DNA from: Phaeosaccion multiseriatum
Taxonomy: Eukaryota; Protista; Ochrophyta, other classes
DNA length: 64,000 bases
Assembly (NCBI GenBank): GCA_965112735.1
Contig: OZ218962.1
Span: 1,240,001 to 1,304,000 of the forward strand
Direction of reading: 5' to 3'
Part shown: positions 26,886 to 39,880 of the stretch, in pieces
Layout of the letters: each line of letters opens with the position of its first letter
Position numbering within the stretch: the first letter of the stretch is position 1
The notes under the pieces: model-generated
What the model was told of the DNA's origin: nothing
Databases searched by the model: none
The model's input: the letters and a program-made list of their open reading frames with translations, nothing else
Position numbers and translations under genes: made by a program

Positions 26886-27953
26886 CACACCACAGAGCTC
26901 AAGTCCCTTAACAAGCCCCCCGTAGCGGTGCAGCACGTCACATCTGCCGTCTTCATCCTCCTCATCGGCGAGGCAGTTCCCTGGGCCAAGGCTCGCCGGC
27001 TCATGTCCTCCGATCGCTTCCTCTCCTCCATGCGGCACTTCGACCCTCACCTCCTCCGGGACGACCAACTCAAGGCGGTGCAGCCATTTGTGAATAGTCC
27101 GGCCTTTACTCCTGCGGCAGTGCTGCCTCGGTCCAAGGCTGCGGCGAAGATTTGCATGTGGGTGTTGGGTAACCTGCAGGCCCATCAGTGGATGACAGGC
27201 AAGGGGCATGCACGAATGAGTGCTCTGTCTAGTACCGGCCTCTTGCAGGGAGGAGGAGGAGGAGGAGGAGAGGGAGGCACGCTGTCCATCACCACGGGTA
27301 CTGCTACTGCTGCTGGCGCTGGCTCTGGCGCTGCTTCTCTCGTTGGTGGGGGACTCGGCGGCAGCACCTTGGACGGAGGCGGAGCGAACCCTTTTCTGAC
27401 GACGTTGGCGCACCAATCAGAAAGAGCCACAGACACCGGCCTCGGTGGGGGGAGTACGCAGGGGGGAGGGAGGGCGGGGCGGCGCAGGAGCAGCGATTTT
27501 AGAAACGGGGGGACTGCGGCGGCAGCAGCAACAGAGGGAGGGGGAAGCGGTCATTTAAAGGGCTCGTCATTGGGCGGTGGTCGGACCCTCTTGTCAGCGT
27601 CGGTATCGCCCGTCAAGAGGCGCCGTGCGAGCAGCAGGAGTCTCTACTTTGCGGATGGAGGACCAGCGACCATCGACCTGCAGGGGAGAGGGGAAGACGA
27701 CGAAGGAGGAGGAGGGGGCGAGAGGATGCGCGCAAGACGGAGCATGGGGATGATGGGAGAATCATTCCCCAGGGGCGCGGCCATGCAGACGAGCAGCAAC
27801 AAGAAGTTGGGCGTGAGTGGGTCCGCCTCTTTGAACCGTTCCCAGGCGCAGGCGCAGCGGGTGAGCTCTGAGCGACTGGCCAATTCAGGCAGTCTTACAG
27901 GGGCCCCACAGGTGAGAAGTCAAAGCGAAAGGTTAAAGCAAAAGCAAAAGCAT

Positions 27954-27986
<33 letters not shown>

Positions 27987-29861
27987 TGATGGGGTAGACT
28001 TTGACTGACTGACTGACTGACTGACTGACTGACTGACGGTCCTCACTGACTGCTCCCTCACCACTCTCAGACTGCCCACAAGGCCTCCTTCGTGAGCAGC
28101 GACGGCGTCACCACCCTTCCCTACCACGTGATGGGTCAGCAGGAGACGACACCCAAGTCCGTCAACTTCGTTGTCGTTCATGACTTGTTTGACACGCTTG
28201 ATGCCTCGGAGGTGCTCTTTAAGCCGATTGTGCACCACCACGCTGGCTGCCAGGCTCTCGTGTTTAACTACCCTGGGCAGGCCGGGACCACCTTTGCGCT
28301 TCCGGTGTCGCTCGATCCGGACTTCGAAGCAGATGCCGCCCAGGGTACGGACGGGGACGGAGGAGGAGAGGGAGGGAGAGGGGGAGGGGGAGGCACAAGC
28401 AAAAGGGCGAGGAAGCAACAGCAAGGGGGTGGCGGTGGGGGAGGAGGAGAAGGTGGCCCTGTCCGTGTGGCGGAGGGTCCCGTGCCCAACAACATACACG
28501 TGTCGGCGCTGCTGCACGAGCTCTTGCAGCACGTCAATGCGCACCAAGAGATGCCCGTACAGCACGCGCCGTTCCATCTCGTGGGTATCGGCAACGGAGC
28601 CGCCATCGCCACCGCCTTTGCCCTCAGGTACGGTAATCATCCGCTCTATCGCCAGACCCTACGGAGCGTCGTGTGCGTCAACGGATTCGCCAGCGTGGAT
28701 TCACAGTTGGCAGCTGTCTTGCACTCGGGCATGAACATGTTTCAAGCCTTCCCTGCCGACCGCCCGGACCTACCCGTGGCCTATTGGTCCAAGTACCTTT
28801 TTAGCGACGAGTATCTGAGACGAGTGGAGCGCAACCTCGCGCTCTCTATTCATACTGCAGTCGCCAACTGTATTTCCCCGGCGGGGCGCCATCTCCTCTG
28901 CAGAGGCGCGCTGAGCCACATCGATCTCAGCAAGGAGGTGGGGAAGCTCGGGGTGCCGCTCGTGCTCGTTCAAAGCACGGAGAATGTGCTTGTGAACCCC
29001 GCCAACGTCGACCCCTTCTTGGCCGGGAGGAAGGTGTTCCACTTTTGGAGTCACGAGTTTGTCAAACCGCCCTTTGCTGCAGGCGCTGCTGCTGCTGCTG
29101 CTGCCTCCTCGGGGGCGGACAAGACCAACAGCAACGCCATGAACAACGACCACGACAACCATGACCATGAGCCCGCTGCCCTCGAGCACCACCCGCTGCA
29201 CCAGACGTCCGTTTACGGCAAGAAGGGTCTCAAGGGCATGCTGTCTGCCCTCTCGCAACGCCAGGGTACCTTCGTCGCTTGGGTCAAGGCCGGCCATGCC
29301 GTGCGGCAAGAGGCCAAGGCCACCGTTATGGACCTCCTGCAAGCACTCGGCTGCCCCACCGCGGACTACTTTAGCGTTGAGGCGGAGCAGTTGGTGATAC
29401 AGCAGCCAGGGCAGGGGCAGCAGTTGGTGATACAGCAGCAGTGCGTTGGGCTGTATCCGTCCGCGAGCTTTGTGGCCAGAGCCAACAGCCGCCGAGTGAA
29501 GGAGGAGGACGGCAGAACCAGAGCCAGTAGTAGTATTAGTAGTAGTAGCGGTGGTGGTGATGGCGGTCGGCGGAGTAGCAATCTTTTGGGCGGGGAAGGC
29601 TCCGAAGAGAGTCTGGAACAAGGGGTGACCGAAGGCCCCGCCGCGCTGGCAGGGGAGGAGACTGCTCTCGTGCTGCTGGAGGGAGGAGATGGAGGGGAGG
29701 GCGAGGGATTGGCAGAGTTGGGAGGGACGCAGGTGCAGACGAGCCCTTTCGTGATGGGGGACGTGCCGACTATCCCCGCGGCCCTCGGAAGCAGCAATGG
29801 CAGTGGCGCAGGCGGGAGCATGTCCCCCGCAAAGCGGCGGCAGCAGCAGCATCGAATGTAC

Positions 29862-29893
<32 letters not shown>

Positions 29894-32800
29894 GAAGAGA
29901 AATGATGATGAGCAGCGCGGGGGGGAGGACAGAGGGCCCAACCGAAAGGATGAGGACGGGGGTATGCACTACAGCGAGGGAGGAGCAGGGGTAGGGGCAG
30001 CGGCGGTTGGGCTGGGAGGGAAGGGAAAGGCGGAAGGCTCCCCACCAGCCATGGGCGGGTTGGACGGGTCGCAGTCCGTGTTCAATCCCCAGTCGTCGGT
30101 AACCTTTGCCTCGGACACTCTTCTCGAGAGCTACTCCCCTGGGGGGGCGATGGAAGGTTCCCCTTCGTCGCCGGGTGGCTACCCTTCGCCACTAACAGTG
30201 ACGCACGGTCCCGGGGGGGGCGGAGGTGTAGGCCTCCGCAGTGTCATGTCCCACAACAGCGCGCAGCAGCGAGGCGACGGAGCGGCGAGTATGGCAACGG
30301 GAGTGACGAATGAGCAGAGCTGTTTCGGAGTCGGCGGGGACGATAGCAGCAGCTGCTATGGAGGAGGAGCGGCAGGGCACGAAGGAGGAGGAGGAGGAGG
30401 GTATGCGGCAGCAGCGGGGGAGGGTGTACCACCAGAGACGACGATGATGATGCCACCCCAGCCGCCTGGCACCCTCGCAAAGGACGAGGAGTCACAGGAG
30501 TACGAGAAGGAGGAGGAGAAGAACAAGCAGGGGAAGCAGGAGGAGGACCCTTTGCTCTTCACCACGTCGTTCGCGGCGGCGGAAACCTTGTACGCCACGG
30601 GATTGAGCGACGCTAAACCACTCCTCCCAAGAGGTGTAAGCGGAGAGCCAATGGAGCACACACTCTCCCATCTCTCGGGTCTTCCTCATGCCGAGGGTGG
30701 ACTGGAGGCCTCGACGATAGCGCAGCGGAGGGATCGGCGGTGGGCCCCGGTCACGAGTGCTGCCGAGGCGGCGGCGGGGGCGGCGGACGACGCTCTGCTC
30801 CTGGCACAGGACACGCTCAACACACGCATGGAGGACCTGCGACAGGAAACGCTGAGGCAGAGGGGGCAGGAGGAGCGAGCCGTGGAGAGGAGGGTGCAGG
30901 TGCGTGGGTGGGTACGTGCGTGGGTGCGTGGGTGCGTGGGCGCGTGCGTTGACTACACTTATGACTTGACTAAAGTTGATCGATGATAAGTCCGAGCCTA
31001 AAGACTTTGAGTGCCTTCGTGCTCCTCCTCCTCCTCCTCCTCCTCCTCCTCCTCCTCCTCCTCCTCCTTCTCTTCCCTCTAAATGTCGTGCTTCACAGGC
31101 ATTAAGGGACGAGCAAGAGAAGCGCCGGAAAGAGACCGAGGAGGAAGATCGCGCGCTGCTTCTCAATATGGGCATGAGGAGCGAAGGCCCAGCAGCAGCA
31201 GCAGCAGCAGCAGTTGGTGATACAGATCCTCCTCCTCCTGCTTCTGATGCTGCCTCTCTCCTCCAAGGGGCTGTTGAAGTGGACGAGTTGGACGACAAGC
31301 TTGTGGCTTTGGGTGCGGTCGATGGCTTCATCCCCGAGGCGCACAGCGTGGACGGGGTGTCAGCAGCGGTGCCGACTCGGGCCATGCCTCCTGTGCATTA
31401 CCCCGACATGAACGCCGAGGGGGACCTTCCGGAGCTCATCACGAGGGGGAAAGATATCGACTCGATGCTCAGAGATCTGGCGGTGAGTGAGTGAGTGAGT
31501 GAGGGAGGGAGGGAGAGAGGGAGGGGGGGAGGGATGGAGGGAGGGGAGGGGGGGAGGGAGGGAGAGGGGGAGGGAAGGAGGAGGGAGGGGGAGGGAAGGA
31601 GGGAGGGAGGAGGTGAGTGAGTGATGGAAGTGAAGGAGTCGCTGCTCTTGAGTTAGTATGTGTCGGAAGTTGAGCGTGGCCCGAGAGTGCAGAGGCGGCG
31701 GGCGTGTACCGCGTGCAGAGTGGAGCGAGCGAGACATTCATTGATTTCCCTCACAGTCTCGCGCCTCTCTCTCACATCCCTCTCTCCCTCTTTCCCTCTC
31801 TCCCTCCCTCTCTCTCTCCCCTCCCTCTCCCTCTTTCCCTCTCTCCCTCCCCCCCCTCTCTCTATTCTCCCTCTCCCCTCCCCCTCCTCTCTCTCTCCCT
31901 CTTTCCCTCCCTCCCTCCCTCTCAGGCGGACGAGGCCGAGATGCGACGCACCGGACAGGCCAACATGACCGACTTCGCTCTAAGCCAGGCCAAGCAGATG
32001 AACAATCAAGTCGAGCGGCAAGAGCTCCTTCGGCACCATGCAGAGAGTCAGGCCGATCGTGAGCTCTACCTCAATGCCATGGCCACACGCATTCAGCTCA
32101 TGTCGAGGCGTCGGGTGGCACGCAGACGGACGCAGGTGCTGAGGGAGGCGCGAGAAGAGCGGAAGCAGCAGGAGGGAGCGGTGGTGTTTGCCCAAAAGGT
32201 GGCTCGAGGCTTCTTGGCGAGGTATCGGATGAAGAAGCATCGAGAGGAGGAGATGATGGAGCTAGTGACAGGGGGCAAAGCACGCGACATTCAACGCTGC
32301 TACCGGGGCATGGTGGGACGTCGTGCGGCGCACCGGGCAAGACAAGACGTGGCGGCCCGGCTGATTCAGAGGGCCTTTCGAGGGTACATTGGTCGGCTTG
32401 TGGCCTGGGAGCAGCGTCGGTTCCTCGAGGGCGTACGGATAAAGTACCAGGCTGCTGTGCTGCTGCAGGCGTGTTGGAGGAGGAGGGTGGCGCTGGATGT
32501 GTATAAAGTGGCGAGGGTGGAGCGGATTGCAGCGATGGAGATTCAGCGCGTGTTTCGGGGTTGGGTGGGCAAAAAGCACGCCAAGAGGAAGTTGGAGTGG
32601 GAGCAGTCCGAGCCCGGCCCGGCAAGACTCAAGGTGAGGAGGATGGCAGTGGATGGCAGTGGATGGGACAGGAGGAGGAGGAGGGTAGGGTAGGGTAGGA
32701 TAGAGGTGGCCTGCGGTGCTTGCTGCTGTCTTGTGACTCATGTCTCTACCACACGCCCCCTCGCACACGCGCCCACGCGCTCCATGTCTTTCTTAACCGC

Positions 32801-34731
32801 TCAAACGCATGCACCCGCACACATATACACACACACACACGCGTGCGCGCACACACGCGCGCACACACCCACACACACACACAGCTTGGGATGCGGCTCA
32901 TCGAGGAAACCAAAGTGGCCTTCGAACGGCAGCGGCTTGAGGTGGACGCGTTACATCAGGCCCAGGCAAGGGCCGAGGCTCGCACAAGCTCCATCCACCT
33001 AGAGTTGTCTGCCTCAGAGAAGGAACTGACGGTGTTGGAGAGGGAATTACACGAGATGGATCAGCTAGAGACGGACATTCGTCACCTTACGCACGAAAGG
33101 GATCTGCTGCAGAAGGGTGTGCTCCGTCCGGATCAGTCGGTGGCAGATACGGATGTGGCGAGCAAGCCTCTGACGATTGTCGGTGGTGGTGGTGGGGGGG
33201 GGGGCTCAGGGGGGGAGGGAGATAGCCTGGGCGACAAAGAGAGCGCCTACGCCCTGGAGATGCAGCTGCAGGTATGTACACGGTAGGAGGGAAAGCTTCT
33301 CTGAGTCACAGAGTTTTCTTTCCCTGCCCTTTCAGCCTCCTCTGATACACGAAAGAAACTCCTCTGCCATCTCTCGAACGTCCCTCCTCCCCTCCACAAC
33401 TAAACCCGGCCCCCTCCTCCCTCCTCCCTGCCCCTCACCGCAACCCCTCCCCCTCTCAGGTGAAGCGCGCTGAGCGAGAGCGCAAGAAGCAACGCCTCGA
33501 GGCCGAGTTCAACTCCGTGTTTGCCGAAGTACAGGACAAACGCGCTGAGCTGTCCCGTCTCGGCCACGCCTTGGGAGAGATTGAAGCCACTCGCATGCGT
33601 AAGAATCGCGAGTTTACACGCATACAACGCAATCTCATGACCCTGCTGCACGAGCAGAAGCAGGAGTTGGACGTGCTACGGCAGAAGGGTGTGGAACTTG
33701 AGGTGGCCACGGCAACGACGGCGGCGGCGGCGAGTGCTACTGCGCAGCGGGCCAAGGACAGCGAGAAGCGGAGTGCAGCCATGTTCCAGCAGACGGAGGA
33801 GCTGATGAAGTTTCAGTTTATGAGCATGAGTCTGTCCTACTTCAACTCGCTCAATATGCTCAAGTCGATGCGCGACATTAACGCCGACACCACCACTGCA
33901 GCGGTTACATCCACTGCAGACGCCGCCTCCGCCGCTGCCGCTGCCAGTGCCGCAGCAAGCTTGCCGGCCATTGCTGTGGCGCAAAAGACGGCATCTGGGC
34001 AGGGCACCATTGACATAACTGCCCTCGGACCGGAGATTGAGAAGCGCAAGGTCTTACTGGAGAGGGCAGACGCCGACAAGCGATCCCTTGTGGAGGCCAC
34101 AGGGCATCACTTCCCTTCGGACGCGAGGCTTTGGACGGTGGAGGACGTATCGCATTTCCTGGAAGCTCAATTCCTGGGGCAGTACAAACAGGCCTTCCAG
34201 GAGGCGCTCATCGACGGAGAGTTCTTGCTGGCCTTGGAGGAGAAGGACTGCATGGATGTGTTGGGCATGGAGCACAAGCTTCATCTCAAGAAGTTCTTCT
34301 TGGCGGTCAACAAGCTGCGCCCCTTAAGTGAGCAGGAGGTGAAGAAGAAGAACTTTGTCCTGCACGAGGAAGGGGCGGACGATGAACGCGAGGGAATACC
34401 CGACGCAGAGACGGTCTTTTCCCAGGCGCGTAACGGCCGTTTGAAACGCCTCGAAGCATCCCTCAACGCGGGCTTTGAGATTGACGTTGAAGACGAGTTC
34501 GGCAACACCCTCTTGCTCGTGGCGTGTCAGAATGTGCACACGCCCATGGTGGAGATGCTGGTAAGGAGAGGGGCAAACATTAACCACCAGAACACCAAGG
34601 GAAACACTGCCCTGCACTATGCCATGGCCTACGACCCCGAGGGGGGGCTGGGCGAGTTCCTGATTGAGAAGGGAGCCGACGACTCCATCGAGAACACAGG
34701 ACACCTCACGGCCTACGATGGCCTCGCGTGA
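23275..34731 (+). CDS. ~3,280-aa multidomain protein: Cys-pair N-terminal domain, dynein MTBD-like, NDRG-like alpha/beta hydrolase, IQ repeats, coiled coil, SAM, ankyrin repeats
   Basis: Eight phase-consistent GT-AG exons (23275-23588, 23673-26614, 26896-27911, 28071-30899, 31099-31482, 31926-32633, 32885-33271, 33460-34731), total 9852 nt; IQRCYRG, IQRAFRG, IQRVFRG; WTVEDVSHFL..QYKQAFQEALIDGEFLL; GNTLLLVACQN, GNTALHYA. Confidence 0.85.
26237..26456. repeat. (GGA)n tract (poly-Gly in the predicted exon); shorter tract at 25818-25892
   Basis: Directly visible. Confidence 0.97.
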
Positions 34732-35365
34732 GTGGACGGGTGGACTCGAACAAGCCATTGGATGGCAGTCGATGACATGCGTGTCCCATGATGGTACCCA
34801 GAGAGAACAAAACTGGACTGGGGTGGGATTGCCGGCCTATGCAGTCGAAACGCGACACCCGAGAGAGGCTTAGAGCAGAAGCAATGGGGTATAGAGAACG
34901 CTTAGAATGAGATGAGTCCGACAAAAATGTTTGTTAAGAATATGAATACAAGTCTATGAATTTCGCTCCTCTCCTCTCTGTGAGCTCGCTGGTGAAGCCC
35001 CTATGACGCACACCCGCTTGCTTGTGCATACATCTCTCGCTCAGGACGGCGCCAACCCCCCCCCCCCCCCCTCTGCCCAACGACCTCTCACTCACCTCCC
35101 AGAGAGAGAGCGAGAGAGAGAGAGAGAAGAGAGAGAGACGGCGGAGGGGACCCGAAGGAAGGGAGTGACCGCCCCTGGGGAGGCGCCCAGCCCCTCTGTG
35201 CTGGGCTGTTCTCTATCTATGGCGGCCTTCGCTCTATTGCTTGGCGTCTTCCTCCTCTCCTCCTCTCCTCCTCTAGTGTGCTCTGTATGCTCTATATAGG
35301 AAACATGGAAGCAACCCTCCGGAACCTCTTGTCCCTCTGTGCTGCGCTGTGCTGTGCTGTGCTGC

Positions 35366-37816
35366 TCAGCTGAAGATGTTGCCAAGTGCCTCGTCAATGG
35401 TCGAGTCTTCGAAAGAGAACCCACTGCTCTTCAGCTTGGTGGGCTCCACACGCTGGCCTCCGAAGAGCATTTCCCTGCAGAGACAACAAGAGCAGCAGTT
35501 GGTGATACGGCAGCAACAGCAGCAGCAGCAGCAAGCAAGCAAGCAGGCAGGTGGTGACGGACAAGAAGGACAAGTAGACGTGTGAGGAGCGGCTCTTTAC
35601 GACGACGGGAACTCATGTCTCGCTATGTCACGTCTCGATCAACTACTCTGTCATCTCAACTTTGATATCCTACTTTTTCATCTGCCTGCAGACTTACTTG
35701 CCCATCTCGCCAAACACGACGCCGCCCACCGCCTCGGGCACAGGGAAGATGACGGGGCGGCGAATGGCCTTGCCGAGGGCCGTGGTGAAGTCCGCGTTTG
35801 TGCAAGGTTGGGGAGCACATGCGTTGACCTGCTGGGGGAGAGAGGTGGGTCGCTCTACTGCGAATTTAATGATGCCCACCATGTCTCTGAGGGATACCCA
35901 GCTGAAGTACTGGTTTCCGCTGCCGAGGTTACCGCCTGCTCCCAGAGAGAAGATGGGGAGGAGCTTGGCGAGGGCGCCGCCGTTCTTGGCAAGAACCACC
36001 CCCGAGCGGAGGCAGATGACGCGGCAGGCTGGTGGGGAGGGAACCACGGATCGTCGAGGGAGTGGAGAGAGCGGGGGGGCGGCAGAGAGGGAGAAGGAGG
36101 GAGAGATGGAGGGAGGGAGGGAGGGAGGGAGGGAGGGAGGGAGGGAGGGAGGGAGGGAGGGAGGGAGGGAGGGAGGGAGGGAGGGAGGGAGGGAGGGAGG
36201 GAGGGAGGGAGGGAGGGAGGGAGGGAGGGAGGGAGGGAGGGAGGGAGGGAGGGAGGGAGGGAGGGAAGAGAGGGAGGGAGGGAGGGAGGGAGGGAGGGAG
36301 GGGGGGAGAGTTGTGTCAGAATATTCGGAGGGAAACGGAGCAATGGGAGAGGGAATCGACAACCTCGTAGACAAGGGCAAGAGCAGAAGAGCAAGGGCAA
36401 GGACCGGGGCAAGGGCAAGGGGCCAAAAACACTCACCTTTGCACTTGAGGGCCTCGGCCTCCCACTTCTCGCACACATCCGCCAGAAAGCCTCCTCCCTT
36501 GGGACTGCCCTCTGTGAAGGTGGCGTCCCCGCTATCGTACCCGTAGAAGCCCACCGCACTCGAGCAGATGAGCGCCTTAGGGGGCTTGCGTAGGCTCTGC
36601 AAAGCCGACACAATGGTGGCGGTGCCCTTCACCCGGCTGTCCATAATGGCCTCCTGCCATGGAACGAGCAGATGGCAACGGAGGGCGGCAGAGGGTAGCA
36701 GAGGGCGGCACAGCGGGGGAAGGAACATCAGGGCATGCGCCCCCCCCCTCCCTCATTCTCCTTGTCGTCGTTGGCTCGTTCTAGCTGGGGTATCTCATCT
36801 CGTTTATCGAACGTTAGCTTCTCCGTTCCTCTCTTCGTGGTATATGGCCTTCTTACCTTCTTGCCAAAGTCCCATCGGCCTGTAGGGGCCGTAGGGCCTG
36901 CTCCACTGGCCACGCCCTCCCCTGCCAGGTGCACAAAGGCGTCAATGCCCTCCTGTATAGGGAGGGAAGGAGACAAGCAAGAGTCTCGTTGGTTGAGGCG
37001 AGGGTGAGAGAGGCAGCAGCAGATACTTTGCAACTCACTCGCTCGCTCTCACCCATCCACTCACCCACCCACCCACCCACCCACCCACGTACCAGCTTTG
37101 CTGTCTCTACTTCACCGGACAAAGGGTTCCACTGGACCTCGTCCTCTGACCGGGCTGCCCGGCGAACCACCCGTAGCGTACGGACGGGCCGCCCTGCAGC
37201 ACAGCACGAGAAGGGGGGGGGGGAGGCATAGGCACAACACACATTCGTGAGCGTGAATGGACATGCACAAGACTTCTTCCTTCCCCACTGCATACACTAC
37301 ACCACTCGCAACTACGCCAACACTCCCTTGTCTTATGCTGATAGGCACACCTTCCTCACTCGTCCATTTGCCTCTTCACCCGAGTTTGGTCTCCCTTCCT
37401 CGCCCTTCGCCTTCTTTCACCTGAAATCTTTGCTCCCTCCAAGTCCTTCCTCAAAGCGGTGCCCACCAAGCCGCTGGAGCCGGTGATGGCCACTGTGAAA
37501 GGCTGCTTCGATCCCCCTCCCTTGCTCTTGCCTCCACCAAAGAGGCCTTCGAAGGGATTGGTCGACATGGACGGAGTAACCGCGAATCCTGACACGGACT
37601 GCTGCCAGCAGAGCCAGTAGCGAAGGAGCGAGGAAAGCCGTGAGTTGCAAGCGTCAATCAGAACGGGTTGTCAGGCACCGAGAAGGACATCGAGGCGAAG
37701 GGATGAGCATGACCAAAGGCCAACACCACGTCAGAGGAGTGGCCGACGAACGCTGGACTCACCGTCACAGCCGCCGCCGCGATAAACCAGATCGTTGCTA
37801 CACAAGCACGCGTCAT
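35366..37816 (-). CDS. SDR39U1: Epimerase family protein SDR39U1 / TIGR01777 (GC1-like), plastid-targeted, multi-exon
   Basis: MTRACVATIWFIAAAAVT|..SVSGFAV presequence; VAITGSSGLVG, VHLAGEGVA, SSAVGFYG, GFLADVCEKWE, LRSGVVL..GGAL, GSGNQYFSWVSLRD, EMLFGGQRVEP. Confidence 0.92.
36107..36300. repeat. (GGGA)n microsatellite inside an epimerase intron
   Basis: Directly visible. Confidence 0.95.
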
Positions 37817-37988
37817 TTCTCGGCCTGGATCTGGGGATGCAGCGGGTATGGGGAGAGAGAATGGGGCTTGTCTTGGAAGTGTTCATCGACACATCATTCC
37901 GTCGTGTCAAGCGCGATGGCAGTGGACGGGGGGGACTCACCACCCTCTATTCGTGAATCCCCTCTCTTTATGGTAAAAGGCCGTCTGT

Positions 37989-39830
37989 ATGGTGCTGCAG
38001 GGGCAGGGCGACCCTGTCCAAGCTTTCGCCTCCCACTTGCGGGATTACCTGCCGGTATGGCAGCAGCAGCGAACCCGGCAGGCGTACTTGCATGAAGGCA
38101 ATAGCAGAGAGAGCAGTGGCGGGAGCGGCAGTGAGAGCAGTGGCGGGAGCATCAGCGAGGGAGAAGATGATGGAGATGAGAGGCATCAAAAAGGACGAGG
38201 ATGGTCAGAGGGGGCTGCTGCAGGGCAGGAGTGGAGCTTGGAGGGGTGGAGGCGTGATTTGCGAGTAGAGCTCGATTGTCTGCTCGGCAAGTTCAGCGAA
38301 GCCCCGGTCAAAGCAGCAGCAGCAGCAGCAGCAGTAGTAGTGTCTCCAACGCACTACGACCTCGAGCTCATGTGTGCCGTGCTGACGCATCCACACTGCC
38401 CGTGGACGAGGTCGAGCGACTTGGCCTCGGGCTTGACGGCTGAGGTGATCACCCTCCTCCAGGAGGAGCTGCCGGCCTGTTGCGCTCTCGCGAGCTTGAG
38501 GATTTTCCTCTCTCGCCTGTCCACGTTGGGTCTGCTCTCTAGTCCGTGTACCTCTCCCCGCCTGTCTGATAGATACTCGGCACCATCCACAGTGGCAGCG
38601 CCTACATCATCAGAGGCAGGAACGACGGCATGGTCCACGTCTGCTCGGTATTTGAAGCCCGTGCATACGGTGACCCCGCGCATGGAGAAGGACCGCAAGG
38701 CCGTAGCCAAGCTCCTGGTGACCGCCGCCCTCACCGTCATGCAACGCTGTCCCGCACTTCCTCGCAAGGAGGTGCGCGCCTTGACGCAAGAGACGTTGAA
38801 CACCGCTCGGCACCTCAACAGTCCAGAGGCGCTGCTGCTCGTTTTCCAAGCCCTGCTTCACTTGGCGAGAGCGGGGGGGCACGCACACACATACACACGC
38901 ACCATTCTACCCATCGTGGTGTGCTTTGCCGTGGAAGGAGATGTGGGAAGCAGCGGCAGTAGCGGCAGCAGGACCACCTCCTGCCCTACAGACCCTTGCC
39001 TGAACGCGCTGCTGCATTGGTGCGTGACTGTGTTTTTCAAGCTCTGCTCGCGCTCTCTCGGGGAGGCTGTGTTCCGCGCAACCTGCGAGGGCATCTCCAG
39101 AAGCATGAATGCGGAGCGGTTGGGGGAGGAGGAGGGTGGCGGAGGGGGGGCGCCAAGGGCTGCCCTGCTGCTGTCCGCTTTTGTGGCTGCGCTTCGAGCG
39201 GACGGAGGGAGGACAACGTTGGCTTTCCTCTGGGGCAAGGTGGCGGCCGGGCTGCTGCCACACGACCCTGTGGGACAATCAAGCAAGGCAGGTGGTGGTG
39301 GTGGTGGTCCTCCTCCCCTCCCCTCCTCCTCCTCCTCCTCCTCCTCCTCCTCCTCCTCTTCCTCCTCCTCCTGCCGCCGACGAGGGCTCCATTGGCTCGA
39401 GCTGTACGTGACCGTTCTTTGTAACGCGCGCTGTGTGGATGCGCTCGTCGGCGGCGAGCACTTGCGGCTGCTGCTGGAGGCTGCCCTGGGCCTCATGCAG
39501 CGCGTCTACGAGGTAGACGGGTCCACCTCCTCCTCCTCGCCCCGAGGGCCTGCCTGCGTGAGCGTGAGTATGGGCACGTGGTGGCGACAGCTGTTCTACA
39601 CCACGACTCATGCGGCCGCGTTAGTGTTACAACAGGAGCGACGCCGTCTGCAGCAACAGCAGCAGCAGCCCGAGCTTTCTCCTCTGGTGACGATGGTGTT
39701 TGATACGGACTTGCAGCCTGTGGCAGCCTTGCCGGTGGCCTTGGGCAGGTGGGTGGCCGAGCTTCTGCGAGGGTACGGGGTGAGGCTTGAGGTACCTCCT
39801 CTCGTGCAGCAGCGAGTGCGTAGCCGGGAG

Positions 39831-39880
<50 letters not shown>

